Shown: one piece after another, positions 1 to 19,203 of the stretch
Layout of the letters: each line of letters begins with the position of its first letter
How positions within the stretch are numbered: position 1 is the first letter of the stretch
From: the human T2T-CHM13v2.0 reference genome, Homo sapiens
Strand: one strand, 5' to 3'
DNA: 64,000 nucleotides
Assembly: GCF_009914755.1 (NCBI RefSeq)
Contig: NC_060933.1
The notes under the pieces: generated by a model
The model's database searches: none
What the model was told of the DNA's origin: nothing
Seen by the model: only the letters and a program-made list of their open reading frames with translations
Program-made: the position numbers and the translations under genes

Positions 1-175
1 GGTTCAAGCAGTTCTCCTACCTCAGCCTCCTGAGTAGCTGGGACTACAAGTGCCCACCACCATGCCTGGCTATTTTTTTTTTTTTTGTATTTTTATAGAT
101 ACAGGGTTTCACTGTGTTAGCCAGGATGGTCTCGATCTGATCTCGTGATCTGCCCTCCTCGGCCTCCCACAGTCC
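1..175 (-). mobile_element. Alu (partial)
   Basis: Antisense Alu consensus motifs. Confidence 0.9.
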
Positions 176-309
176 TGGAAACCCTATTTTTAAATGCATA
201 TTTGCATTCATAATAACCCGTGAATACATACATCTATTGATCTATGTATTCATGCATCCCTATATGTAAATGTCTGTTCAAAATGCCACTATATATATAT
301 TTATATATT

Positions 310-650
310 AAACTTTTATTTTAAGTTTGGGTTACATGGGCAGGTTTGTTATATAGGTAAACGCGTGTCATAGGGGTTTGTTGTAGAGATTATTTCATCA
401 CTCAGGTATTAAGCCTAGTAACCAATAGTTATTTTTTGTACCCCTTTCCCTCCTCCCACCCTCCACTCTCAGGTACGCCCCGTTTATCTCCCACTTGTAG
501 GTGAGAAGATGTGGTATTTTGTTTTCAGTTTCTGTGTTAGTTTGCTAAGGATAATGGCCTCCAGCTTCATCATGTTCCTGAAAAGGACATGATCTCGTTC
601 TTTTTTATGGTTGCATAGTATTCCACTATTCCACGGTGTGTATGTACCAC
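310..650 (-). mobile_element. L1 3' end fragment (L1PA/PB-like), internally deleted
   Basis: Typical antisense L1 3'UTR, e.g. gtttgctaaggataatggcctccagc. Confidence 0.85.
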
Positions 651-1604
651 AATATGTTAAATTTTAGTTTATTACAACTTATATGCAACATACAATGGCA
701 AGATGAATCAGATCAGAAGATAAACAATTGAGTGTGAAAAGACAGCAGTTTTTTTCCTGTTTTATTCTCTGCAGATGTAATTTTCAACGAGAATACATTT
801 TATTGCATTAGTAGTGCTTTTAGAAGAGACATCTATATGATGCCCAGGCTGGACTTGAACTCATGGTCTTAAGCGATGCTCCCTCCTAAGCTTCCCAAAG
901 TGGTAAATTGTACTTCCTGAGGGCATAGAAAAGAGACATAGAAGCAAGTGAAATTGGTATTACCCTTTTTTCTGTTATTCTTTATTAGTAAAACAAATTA
1001 GGTTTTTCTTTCCTTGGTTTTCATGTGTCCAAGCTCCTTTCTCTTTCATTTCACATGTGCACAAATATAATAACATACACTTTTGAACATCAAAAGTTGA
1101 ATGATGAAAGAGTATTCATGAGCCCAAATCAACCTGCACATGACTTTTTTTTTATTCCTCTGAGAGTTAGCCTGTGGAAAGGTGGCAGGGTTTCACTGCA
1201 TTATCCCCTGGAGATGGAAAGGTCAATTACAACATGTGTAATTGCTTCAGTCCTGATTTTCTACCTACACTTTCTGCTTCGGGGTTGTTTCACCTGACCA
1301 AGGAAGTTTCTGTGGCAGCAGGTCCTAGCTCTCTCGACCAGGTCCACTGACAAAGCCACTTTGCTGAGTGGCCAATTTGCTGATGACTGTTTTGTTAAAT
1401 TTGTTTCTGCTATTTAAGGTTGACTTTTTTTCTTGTGTCATAGTCTCAGCAAATGTGAAGGGATGTCTGGTCTATCTCTGACCTGGCTTTCTGCTTTGAC
1501 AGATGGAAGCTAAAAGAAAAAAGGAAAAACTGATGGTGCAAAAGATAAACATATTTATATGAGTTTATTCTTGAATAAAATGATTTATTTTTAAAATATA
1601 TTCT

Positions 1605-1981
1605 TGATATGATTTGGCTGTGTCCCCACCCAAATCTCATCTTAACTTGTGGTTCCCATAATCCCCAGGTGTTGTGGGAAGGACCCACTGGGAGGTAATT
1701 GAATCATGGGGGCGGTTACTTCCATGCTGCTGTTCTCATAATGGTGAGTGAGTTCTCACGAGAACTGATGGTTTTATAAGGGGCTTTTCCCCCATTTGCT
1801 CAGCACTTCTCCTTTCTGCCATCATGTGAAGAAGGACATGTTTGCTTCCCCTTCTGCCATGATTTTAAGTTTCCTGAGGCCTCCCCAGCCATGCTGAACT
1901 GTGAGTCAATTAAACCTCCCTTTTACAAATTACCGAGTCTCGGGTATGCCTTTATTAGCAGCGTGAGAACGGACTAATACG
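1605..1981 (+). mobile_element. THE1-type (ERVL-MaLR) solo LTR
   Basis: tgatatgatttggctgtgtcccc...ggactaatac, with 5-bp TSD ATTCT (1600-1604 and 1982-1986). Confidence 0.9.
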
Positions 1982-3114
1982 ATTCTTCCGATGAATATAT
2001 TCTTCTCATTGATAAATGCTTGATGTAAATGCTTAATTTTTCCTCTAGGTGCCTTCAAGATTTTTCTCACTGTCTGTGGTTTTCAGCAATTTGGATACCT
2101 TACATATCGTTTTTATGAATCTTCCACAGAGATCAGTGGACACATGTGGCACAAAGAACATGTGAATTAAGAATGCACTCCTGAATAACATATTTTACAT
2201 ATATGTTATTGAGTATATTCTTAAATATAAATAATTTCTTGTGAATATATTTTGATTAATAAAAATATATTAATAAATGTTAACTCATGCATATTCTTCT
2301 TACTCAAAAATATGTTCTTATAAATATATTAATTATTCCCTCTCTCTTCCTCCTAGTCTCCAAAGGTAACATCAGGGGCTAGAACAGAGACACAGAAATG
2401 TTCCTTAAAATGTCAAAATGAAATATTGTCTATTAAAACAGAAGAATTAAAATAAACAAGAGAAGTTATGTATTGGTCATCTGATATTTGTAACCTGCAG
2501 CTTTCCCAGGAAACTTGGTTGGACCCTTTTCTTGTGTTCAGCTGTCACAAGCTAAATGTTCCCTTCCTCTCTCTCTTTGCAGTCTGTTCATGACATTTGG
2601 TATTCCTAATATGCCCACTTGGAGGAAATTGCCAGCTTAGGCCAACCAGGGTGAAATGCATGCACTTATAAACTCATAAGCCCAATAATAATTTTCAGAA
2701 GGAGGCACTCATTCACTTCAGCTTATAAACTTGCAAATCTGTAGATTCATTAGTCTATCACTTACATGGAAAGACAAAATTTATATTTAATTGTTGAGAC
2801 TTGACTTCAAAATTTTCAAGAATATCAACATTTGTTTTTGTTGTGCACCTCTCTGTCAAAAGATAAATACGTAGTACATAATCATTATTATTTATTAATA
2901 ATATACTCTGCATGGTCTTACATTTCACAGTTCATGCATTGTTTATTCATTAATATAACCTGTGTTAATATGCACCACATTACCGAGAGCCCTTGTCAAC
3001 TCCTCAGAAGCAATTAACTCCCAAGGTAACTATGACAATGAATCTCTTAATGCTTAAAGTGTAACAAAAAGATTGTGTGATTTGGATGTTAATTCAAATA
3101 TTTCCCATACAGCC

Positions 3115-3860
3115 CCATACAGCCACTTTGGAAGGGAAGTGGTTTCTCACAAAACTAAGTATACTGTCACCATAAGATCCAGTAATTGTGTCTTGGCATT
3201 TAACCAAAGGCATGGAAAACTGAGGTCAACACAAAACTCTATACATTGATGTTTATAGGAGTTTTATTCATAATTGCCCAAAGGTGGAAGCAACTTCAGT
3301 AAGTGAATGGATAAACAAACTCTGGTACACTCATACAATAGAATGTTATTAAGTGATAAAAAGGTACACACTATTTAACTATGAGAAGACATGGAAAAAA
3401 AAAAACCTTAAATTCCCATCGCTAAGTGAAAGAAGCCGATCTGAAAAGACTACATACTGTGTAAGCCGAACTATATGACATTCTTTAAAAGGCAGAACGA
3501 TGAAGACCATGAAAAGCACAGTTGTTGCCAGGGATTTGCGGGGAGAAGGAGAGATCAATAGGTGGAGCACAGGAGATTTTTAGGGCAGTGAAACCATTCT
3601 GTAAAATGTCATGGTGGATATATGACATTACACATTTTCCAAACCCATAGAATGTACAACACAAACAGTACACCTTAATGAAACTGTTAATTTTAGTTAA
3701 TAATAATAATGTATCAATATTGGCTCGTTAATTGTAACAAATATACCAGACGAATGCAAGATATCTTAATAATAGGCATGATGAGCTAGGGAGGGTTTAA
3801 GGAACTCTCTGTATTGTCTGCTCAATTTTCTTGTAAATGTAAAACTGCCTCCAAAAATAA
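3115..3860 (+). mobile_element. Old L1M (MC/ME-like) 3' fragment
   Basis: gtgaatggataaacaaactctggtac and gctaagtgaaagaagcc motifs. Confidence 0.75.
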
Positions 3861-5247
3861 TGTCTTTTTATTAAAGGAAAACATGCTGCTACCACTATGT
3901 GCTTAGTGTCCTATGCATTTCAAGTCTGGGTGGTATGTCTAGCAGAAATATATTAACATGTCCCAGGCTGATGGTATTGAATAAAGGATTTAGATGGCCA
4001 TAAAAAATGGATTTTGTATAATGGATTTCTGAGTTGATAAGAAAGCAGTATGAGTATATCACCATAATACAAAACTTAGTGATTTGAAATAAGGCAAGCA
4101 TATCATCCATTTTGCCAGTGTAATGATAACACACACACTGTATAAACAGATATCGGAACATCAGTTTGTCACTGGGTGTTCAGGATGTAGAATATACATC
4201 AACTTAAATTTTCACATTTAGTAAAGCTCTAGCTTCCTCTTATGCTAGCTCCATAAATAAGACACATTTTTTCTTTCATCCTCTCTGATGGCCAATGCCG
4301 GCCTAAACTCTTGCCTGTTAGGAATTAGTACACATCTCCTAGCTCAGAGACACCTACACGAGTGACTCTTGGCCAGTGGAATCTGGTTCACTGTGCCCTC
4401 CAGTGCGGGACCAGGCTTTGTTCCTCTCCCTTGCTTGGCATCCCAGTCTTGTGGGCCCTCTTTCAGTTGTTCATTCACTCCCTGCTTCCTCTCTTCACAA
4501 AAACTACTCTGTTGACCTTGGTTTAGAATTCTCTACCCACCCTCCACCCACCTCTTTATGCTGATCCTGTCCTTGTCCTGTCTTGCAAGGCTCAACAGTT
4601 AAATCTCAGGGCAGCCTTCCCTCACCCTTCAGTCCTGCCGCTTTATATAACCATCCTGTAGACTCCTGCTATTTTCCATCAGCCTGAGAGCCTCAGTTCC
4701 CTGGTGTGATAATGTGACTAAAGTCAGCTTCACCTAATTACACAGGGAGCCCCCAGAAAGCAGGGCTCACTGTCATTCGGCAGTACCTGCCCTGAGTCTG
4801 GCCCGTGCTTGCTGCAGCTCAGGAGAACTCAGCAGCCCAGGACAGCACCTTCGTAGGGCTCAGCAATACAGCTGGAACTAAGGGAGGGAGGAAAAGAAAG
4901 AGGCAGAGAATAAATGAATCAACTTAGCCAGAATTTTATAGTCAGAAGATCTACAAAGAAGTGGGTTTAATTTCAGCACATATTTGTTTTTAAAGACAAA
5001 ATGACATTTTGATGCTACTATTAGTGGTAGGGAATGGGTGAAATGTCCACCTATTGGTGCTTGAGGTCACTAAACAACATAGCTCTGAGTAGAGGTTTCG
5101 AAGAGAGTTTTCGATGAAATGATTTGTTTTACAAAATAGGGCACATTATCTCCTGTTTTGTTGTGGAAACAAAACCCATAGAATAATTTCCCTTTTAAGC
5201 AATTCTTCTTTGTTTCCATTGAGGGAAGCTGAACTAGGAATACGCCA

Positions 5248-8398
<3,151 letters not shown>

Positions 8399-8399
8399 G

Positions 8400-10110
<1,711 letters not shown>

Positions 10111-10716
10111 TTCTTGTTTGCCTCATCCCTACCAGTGTCTTTCTCCCTACACCTAAGGTCAATTACCAGCTGCCCTTTATCGTTGAACTTAATGCTTTCT
10201 TCTCATAGTAGAATTAAGAGGAAAGTAAAATATTTTTTGTACCTATATCTTTATTATATTTAGACAAATCACAGAGTGAGAGAGTAGGGGTTTCAAGAAA
10301 AATAGGAGAGAGATAAAGGAGAGAGAAAGAACTGCTTGTGGAAATACAGAATATCCCACATTTTCAATGTGGAAAGTGTATGAGGGTATGAAAGAAAATA
10401 CTCAGTTTTTTTTGTCCTGTAAGAGGCAGCATTGACAAATGTGTACCAGAGTTTGGGTACATTTGAGCCAGTTCTTCAGAATCGTGGGGTGGGAAATAGA
10501 ACAAAATTATTTACACCTAATTCTAGGCAGATAAGTGTGCTTCAAGGAAAGGCAAGGGCCTGGCTAGATTCTAGATGTTTTTAAACTGGAGGCCAGAGAC
10601 AGCTTTAGGGAGTCCATATACAGGCACAAATTTATTTCTTTTATAGTCTTCTTGCTCTTTGAAAATGGTCTTTATGCAAATACTCACTATATAACCAAAG
10701 TTTCTCTTTGTTCCAG

Positions 10717-12030
<1,314 letters not shown>

Positions 12031-13661
12031 TAAGTATATGACAATTTCTTAAAAGCAATTTCTTGGACAATCAAGACAATATGGCTTGTGTATGGAGTTA
12101 TACGATGGTTTGGATTAATCCAGTATTAAATCTTTGGTTATTACAGAAATCAGTGGAGCCTATTCTTCCAAATAATCCTTAAATATTACTTATCTCAACT
12201 GAGATTTTGGTGAAAATTTAGCTTTAGAGCTTTTATTGACCTGCCAATGACCTGAAGTTAAGATTATTCTTTTCCACTGAATGAAGACAAACCACCTTAT
12301 AAAAATTAACCCAGAAGGCTGTAAAGGTGATTTGTTTTCTTTATTTCTGATGACAGTTAAATAGCTTGACTAAAACTCTTGGTTCCCTAAATGGCTTTTC
12401 TGCTTTTGGATGGTGGTAGCCTGGGGAACATAAGGAAAGCAGATGTCTCCCAAAACTGGGAATAAAATACATGGTTTATTCCAATATATTCCAGGAAACC
12501 CCATTTCCAAGCTCTTTAAACTAAAACATTACTGTAAACATGTTGGCCTAAAATTTTTCAGAGCTAGAAATTTTCAGAACAATAGCTGCCAGTTGCCACC
12601 ATGATGTTAGGAAATTCTCATTAATTCTTACATGATGGTTGTCTACATAGAGATGAAACACTTGACTAAATTGTCAGCAGCACAATTGTGTCCATACAGA
12701 CAGATAGAACAAATTCAATGCTGTGATGTAGTTTAAATGTGCACATGTTAACTGATTAGAGAGCTAGAAAATGGAGGGTATTTTTAGCAGCATATGATAA
12801 ATATATTTCTGACTGTTGAATATTGTTTAACTGCTTTGTTCTAGTTACTGGGGATTATACAGTAGGAAGTAATACAGACAGATGTCACGTCCTGATGGGC
12901 CTTGTATTTCAGGGATGAAATGGGATTTTGTTGGCGCCAAGACCTGATTGCTTTGCCAGTTACCCTCACCCCTGGCTCACGAGGAAAGTGTATTGAGGAG
13001 ATTCTCGAGGAACCACATGAGTTTTAATATCATAAGCTTCTGCCCTGTATTGAAAGGTAATTTTTTGTTGAGGAGGGCTGAGTCACACTTATCCACAATG
13101 CCTCCTTTGGCATAGGCCCTAGATAACCCAAAGTGTGTTCTCTCAAACAGATGGAGAAAATTAGAGGATAGAAAATATCAAGAGTGTTACTGAGGATGCT
13201 GCCAGCTGAACCACCATTTATGTTTTTCATAGAACAAAACTTCAAGGGGTTTAAGTAGTCAGAGTGTGGCCAGCTTTTCCTTGAAAGTATTTACGCAAGG
13301 AAGATGTTCTATATTCTGGAAGAGGGCATATGTGAAGGGCATTTCGGAATGATGTAAGGTGTATGCACAGGTCATGTGATGGAGTGGTCTGGGGTAGCCT
13401 CAGACCACTCGTGACAGGCCACATGTGATAGGCCTCGAAGTTCGCCACTACAAGCATGGAGCCCATATCCACAACAACTTCAAGCGCAGAAGCTGGGCTG
13501 TGGGGTGGAGTAGTTCACGCCCAAAATCACAACTTGGTTTGGAAAATGAGAGGGAAGAGAAACTTCCCTAAAGAGAATTAGAAAAAGTAAAACTCATGAG
13601 GTAAAGCTGTATAGATTTGAAATAATAAATCCTTACAATTTTTACTTCCACTGGTCGATGG

Positions 13662-13890
13662 CAGGGTTTCTTAATCTTAGCAGTCTTAACCTTTTGAGTC
13701 AGATAATTTTTAATTCTTCTTGCAGAGGAGAAGAGAGGGTACAGGCTGTTCTGTGCACGATGGCATGTTTAGCAGCATCCACAGCCTGTACTCACTAAGT
13801 GCCAGTAGCAACCCCCAGTTTTGACAACCCAAGATGTCTCCAGACATTTTCTTCCCTGGAGGCAAAAACAGCCCTGGTTGGGAAGCACTG
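13662..13890 (-). mobile_element. MER20-like hAT DNA transposon remnant
   Basis: TIR-like ends cagggtttctt...gggaagcactg and internal gatgtctccagacatt. Confidence 0.75.
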
Positions 13891-14877
13891 GTTTATGAAT
13901 AGAAATAAAACTGTAGTGTTCTCCAGCCAAACAAACAACAACAAAATTAAACAGCATATTTTCAATTTATTGCCTTCCTTGGCTAGTACATAGCTCACTA
14001 CAATTAAAGCTTCCAATTAGAAATTCTTCTTGGACTTAAAAAAAAAAAAAGCTATAAAGAGAAACAATTTAGTAAGCTGGGTTTTAGGAATATGCTGTTA
14101 ATTTTGCCTAAAATGTGGCATGCAAGGGGAGAGTTATGTAATCATTTTAAGTAAATAAGTGTTTCATTAAAAAAAAACCCTTAAAATGGTTTGATTCAAA
14201 AACACTGAAATCTCTTATCGTAGAAGCATAAATCTGAATAGTTTTGTTATTTAAATATAACTGGCTGTGAAATCATCAAGGAACATAGCTAATCGAACCT
14301 ACCATTCTAGCCTACATCATCCTGTGCATTTCAAAAAATCCTAATGAAAACTACACGAAGCTTAAAGTATAGATAAACATATCAGAGTTGACAACCGTGA
14401 AACCATGCTATCCAAAGGCTACGTGCTCTGAGGAATTCCTGTTAGCTACAGCACATGTAGGATCAATGAAGGAAGAAAATGAAGGCTCCTGGGAAACAAA
14501 ATTATGCCAGGACAAAGCTGAAGAAGAGCAACACCTGTCGGAAATGTCCTAAGATAAATTTCGAAAGGTGCCAGGCTTGGAGGTGGGGCAGGCACCGCCG
14601 GAAAAGACACTTTCCCTTTGGGACTTCCTTTGCCTGTGACAAGAACAGCACTTGATGCCCTTAGAATAGTTCCTGGAACATCTGAATAAATATCTGTGGA
14701 ATGGCTGAATCAGGGGTGAGGACTGGCGTTCAGGTGGGGGCCCCCTCAATAGTATGACCACAACGGAGGCTCCACCTGGCAGGGAGTCATCCTGATGCTA
14801 CAGGAGCTCATCTCTGGATTAGGAGGTCCTGTTCTACTTCCAGTTGCAAATATTACATATATTTATGTATGTGAGTG

Positions 14878-14879
<2 letters not shown>

Positions 14880-14949
<70 letters not shown>
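14880..14949. repeat. Compound microsatellite (TA)n(CA)n
   Basis: Directly visible. Confidence 0.98.
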
Positions 14950-14950
<1 letters not shown>

Positions 14951-15271
14951 CGGCCCAACAAGTTCCCCTTGCCCGCTGCCTAGACAGAGCTGATTTATCA
15001 AGACAGGGGAATTGCAATAGAGAAAGAGTCATTCTTGCAGAGCCAGCTGGGCGGAAAACTGGAGTTTTATTATTGCTCAAATCAGTCTCCCCGAGCGTTT
15101 GGGATCAGAGTTTTTAAGGATAATATGGCAGGGGCTCAGGAAGCGGGGAGTGCTGATTGGTCAGGTTGGAGATGGAATCACAGGGGGATCAAAGTGAGGT
15201 TTTCTTGCTGCCTTCTGTTCCTGGGTGGGATGGCAGAACTGGTTGAGCCACATTACTGGTTGGGGTGGTGT
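14950..15271 (-). mobile_element. ERV1 LTR 3' part (LTR8-like)
   Basis: ccttgcccgctgcctagacagagctgatttatcaagacaggggaattgcaatagagaaagag matches the recalled LTR8-family end. Confidence 0.75.
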
Positions 15272-15546
15272 TGATGGCAGCGGCCCATCTGGAGAGGCTG
15301 CTGCCAAGATGCTGGCTGCAGCAGGGGAGGCGTCCCAGGGCCGCGCGCTTGGTGGAGCCCGCGGGAGCTGAGAACAGGAAGGAAAGAGCCCTGCCGGCTT
15401 CTGAGCTGGTGGGGAGGGAGCCCTGCAGTCCCAGGCGCAAGGGTAGCTGCCCAGCCATGGCTTCAGACCCGGGCATCCATGTCCCCGTGTCCTCTGGGGC
15501 GGGGGTTGGGGGCGGTGGCCGGAGTGGGGGGGAGGGCACGGGAAGC
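15272..15546 (+). mobile_element. MER52-like LTR 5' fragment, GC-rich and truncated
   Basis: Begins tgatggcagcggcccatctggag and breaks abruptly into AT-rich DNA. Confidence 0.75.
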
Positions 15547-15828
15547 CTATATTAGACCAAATATCATGTTATATTTTGTGTATTCATTTTTTAACTCATA
15601 ACAATCCAAACTAGATTTTCTTACTGATTTATTTTACTTGTTTATTAATCTCATTATGTAGAATATATTTTGGAAGTTGCCTTAATAGTTTTTAGAGGAA
15701 AACAGGATAAAAATAAATAAATATGTAAAAGATGCCAGTTTTCCTTATATGTATATGTAATGGTGTAAAAAAGCACTAAATAAAATAATCCGTATAGTGG
15801 CTAGGGAAATAATTAAAGTTAGGTTTTT

Positions 15829-16172
<344 letters not shown>

Positions 16173-16522
16173 TTATAAAAGTATATTTCAGAAAAGGGTG
16201 CAGCAAATATCTTTTGAAAATGCAAGGGCAGAGGTATTTCTGGCAGAAGTAATGATATGAGACATTTACTACAATATCGCTTCTACTTATGCTTCTGTAG
16301 TTTACTAAAGGCAATTATTGTTTCATTGGAAATGTAATTAATGAACGTGACCCTCAGTACCATAGATTGGGAGCCACAAGGCTGGCCCTGGGCTGACTGT
16401 GGTTGGACTCACTCAGGAACTGGCTTGGCTGGTCTCTTTTAAATAACTGCTGCCAGCTACTGCCAGGAGTTGCAGGATGGGAGAAGGGAAGCTGACTGGC
16501 CCAGCTGATCCATAAACAGCCC

Positions 16523-16630
16523 TTTAATAGCACTGCAGTTGCTTGTGATGAGTGCCTGGGATTCTAGGTTTGTTTTAATAGCACTGCAGTTGCTTGTGAG
16601 GCATGCCTGGGATTCTAGGTTTGTTTTAAT
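16523..16630 (+). repeat. Tandem duplication, 51-bp unit x2
   Basis: tttaatagcactgcagttgcttgtga...gcctgggattctaggtttgt starts at 16523 and again at 16574. Confidence 0.95.
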
Positions 16631-16898
16631 CTTTCTTTTGTGAGGGGTTTCCATCTCACCCTCAACTCTGTTCTTTGCATCGTTCGGGCTACACATCCCA
16701 GTGTGTTCCCATCTCCTCCTGCCCTCTAGGGTGCTGAGGGTTTTGCATCCTGTTCTCAGCATGGACACATATCTTCTCTTTTGTCCATCACATGGTCATT
16801 TCAATAGGATGTTGGTAGAATAGGAAGAAGATGCACATGTGTTTAACTAATCATTTTTAATTAGAAAGCCAGAGGTTGAATTGAAAAACAACTCATAT

Positions 16899-17201
16899 TG
16901 AAACTGCATTTGCAATAATTATAACAGTGAGAAAATTATGGCAGTGGGGAAGATCTAATATAGCCAACTTCCCTCTTATATTTTACCTTCATGTTGCCTT
17001 AATTATTACTGGGCTTAGGATGGGCTAGCTTTGGGAGACATGTAGTTTACAGTTTAAATAATAATAGTCCATCTCCAAAACCCAACCACCTTTACAAAGC
17101 TAATGAGAGACCACCAGGCTGGGAGGAGAGGAGCCTGAATTCTGCAAAGGTGTAGACATAAAAGACTGCCAGCCATTATTCCAGAGGTCATGAGATATGC
17201 A
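16899..17201 (+). mobile_element. ERV1 LTR 5' fragment (LTR26/LTR8-like)
   Basis: Starts tgaaactgcatttgcaa; truncated after gagatatgca. Confidence 0.65.
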
Positions 17202-17321
17202 CACCTGTAAGTCACCAGTCAGCAGGAGCTATAATCTTGGAAGGCCAGAGCTACAACCAGACATGTGCTCAGGAGAAAGGGGACTGCAGCAGGGAGAAGA
17301 GTGGGCAGCAGGAAAAATGTA

Positions 17322-17480
17322 TCTCTGCCTCCCAGGTTCAAGCGATTCTCCTGCTTCAGCCTCCCAAGTAGCTGGGATTGCAGGCACTTTGGGAGGCTGA
17401 GACAGATGGATCACCTGAGGTCAGGAGTTCAAGACCTGCCTGACTAACATGATGAAACCCCATCTCTACTAAAAATACAG
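17322..17480. mobile_element. Fused inverted Alu fragments (antisense right-arm piece joined to sense left-arm piece)
   Basis: Orientation switches at ~17384: gctgggattgcagGCACtttgggaggctgag. Confidence 0.88.
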
Positions 17481-17806
17481 GCTTAAGATTTAAAATAAAA
17501 TAAAATAAAATAGTAAACATCCCTGCCAGCCTGCTGAATTGACCTTAGAGAGTAGGGTGTGTAGTGGGTGTGACTCTCACTGTCACCATTGCTAAGTGCT
17601 TACTGACATCTTTCAGTCTTGGGGACCCATCCTCTGCTAAACTCTGCCATAAGAAGGTCATACATCCCCACTGCCTGTGATGTCTCAGTTTTGTTTTCTC
17701 GTTTCCTCTTACCTTTATGCAATCAGTTTCTAGGAAGATGTTGTTTTTTTCTTTTTTATGATTGAAAGAATTCGGTTAGTTTGACCCCATACCATTTCAC
17801 TTTCAG

Positions 17807-19203
17807 CACGTGCTCTCTACGGTTAATGTCATCCTTGGGAAGCCCGTCTTGAACACCTGGAAGGTTTTACAACAGCAATGGACCAATCAGAGTTCACAGC
17901 TACTACATTCAGTGGAAAGATTTTCCCAAGCACTACAATTAGGAAATAGCCCTCCTTTGTCCTTCTCCCAAACTAATGTGCAGATGAGCAGCATGGTAAT
18001 CATGTCCAGCCACCCAAAAACCTATCAACAGAGGTTTGTTTTCCCATACTTTGACCTCTGGGGCAATGTGGTCATTGACAAGAGCTATCTAGAAAACTTG
18101 CCATCAGATTCACCTATTGTCACCATGGCTTTCCCAACTCTCCAAGCCATCCTTGCCCAGGGTATCCAGGAAAATAATTTTGCAGAGAGCTTAGTGATGA
18201 CGACCACTGTCAGCCACAATGTGACTATGCCATTCAAGATTTCAATGACTTTTAAGAACAACAGCCCTTCAGGCGGCGAAACAACATGTGTCTTCTGGAA
18301 CTTCAGGCTTTCCAACAACACGGGGGGGTGGGACAGCAGTGGGTGCTATGTTGAAGAAGGTGATGGGGACAATGTCACCTGTATCTGTGACCACCTAACA
18401 TCATTCTCCATTCTCATGTCCCCTGACTCCCCAAATCCTGGTTCTCTCCTGGGAATACTACTGGATATTATTTCTTACGTTGGGGTGGGCTTTTCCATCT
18501 TCAGCTTGGCGGCCTGTCTAGTTGTGGAAACTGTGGTGTGGAAATCAGTGACCAAGAACCAGACTTCCTATATGCACCACACCTGCATAGTGAATATTGC
18601 TGCCTCCCTTCTGGTCGCCAACACCTGGTTCATTGTGGTTGCTGCCATCCAGGACAATCACTACGTACTCTGCAAGACAGCCTGTGTGGCTGCCACCTTC
18701 TTCATCCACTTCTTCTACCTCAGCATCTTCTTCTGGATGCTGACACTGGGCCTCATGTTGTTCTATCGCCTGCTTTTCATTCTGCACGAAACAAGCAGGT
18801 CCACTCAGAAAGCTATTGCCTTCTGTCTTGGCTACGGCTGCCCTACCGGCCATCTCTGTCATCGTGCTGGGAGCCACCCAGCCCTGGGAAGTCTATATGA
18901 GGAAGAATGTCTGTTGGCTCAACTGGGAAGACACCAAGGCCCTGCTGGCTTTTGCCATCCCAGCAATGATCATTGTGGTGGTGAACATAACCATCACTAT
19001 TGTGGTCATCACCAAGATCCTGAGGCCTTCCATTGGAGACAAGCCATGCAAGCAGGAGAAGAGCAGCCTGTTTCAGATCAGCAAGAGCACTGGGGTCCTC
19101 ACGCCACTCTGGGGGCCTCACTTGGGATTTTGATCTCACCACTGTGTTCCCAGGGACCAACCTTGTGTTCCATATCGTATTTGCCATCCTCAATGTCTTC
19201 CAG
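17807..19203 (+). pseudogene. ADGRF5P: ADGRF5P large exon: GAIN domain, GPS and TM1 to start of TM7
   Basis: tttcag|CAC at 17807 and CAG|gtgagt at 19203. ORF 17810-19207 matches ADGRF5 up to LGYGCP. Homology continues in ORF 18816-19133 (AISVIVLGATQP...KSTGVLTPL) and then ORF 19033-19332 (LTWDFDLTTVFPGTNLVFHIVFAILNVFQ). Confidence 0.95.
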
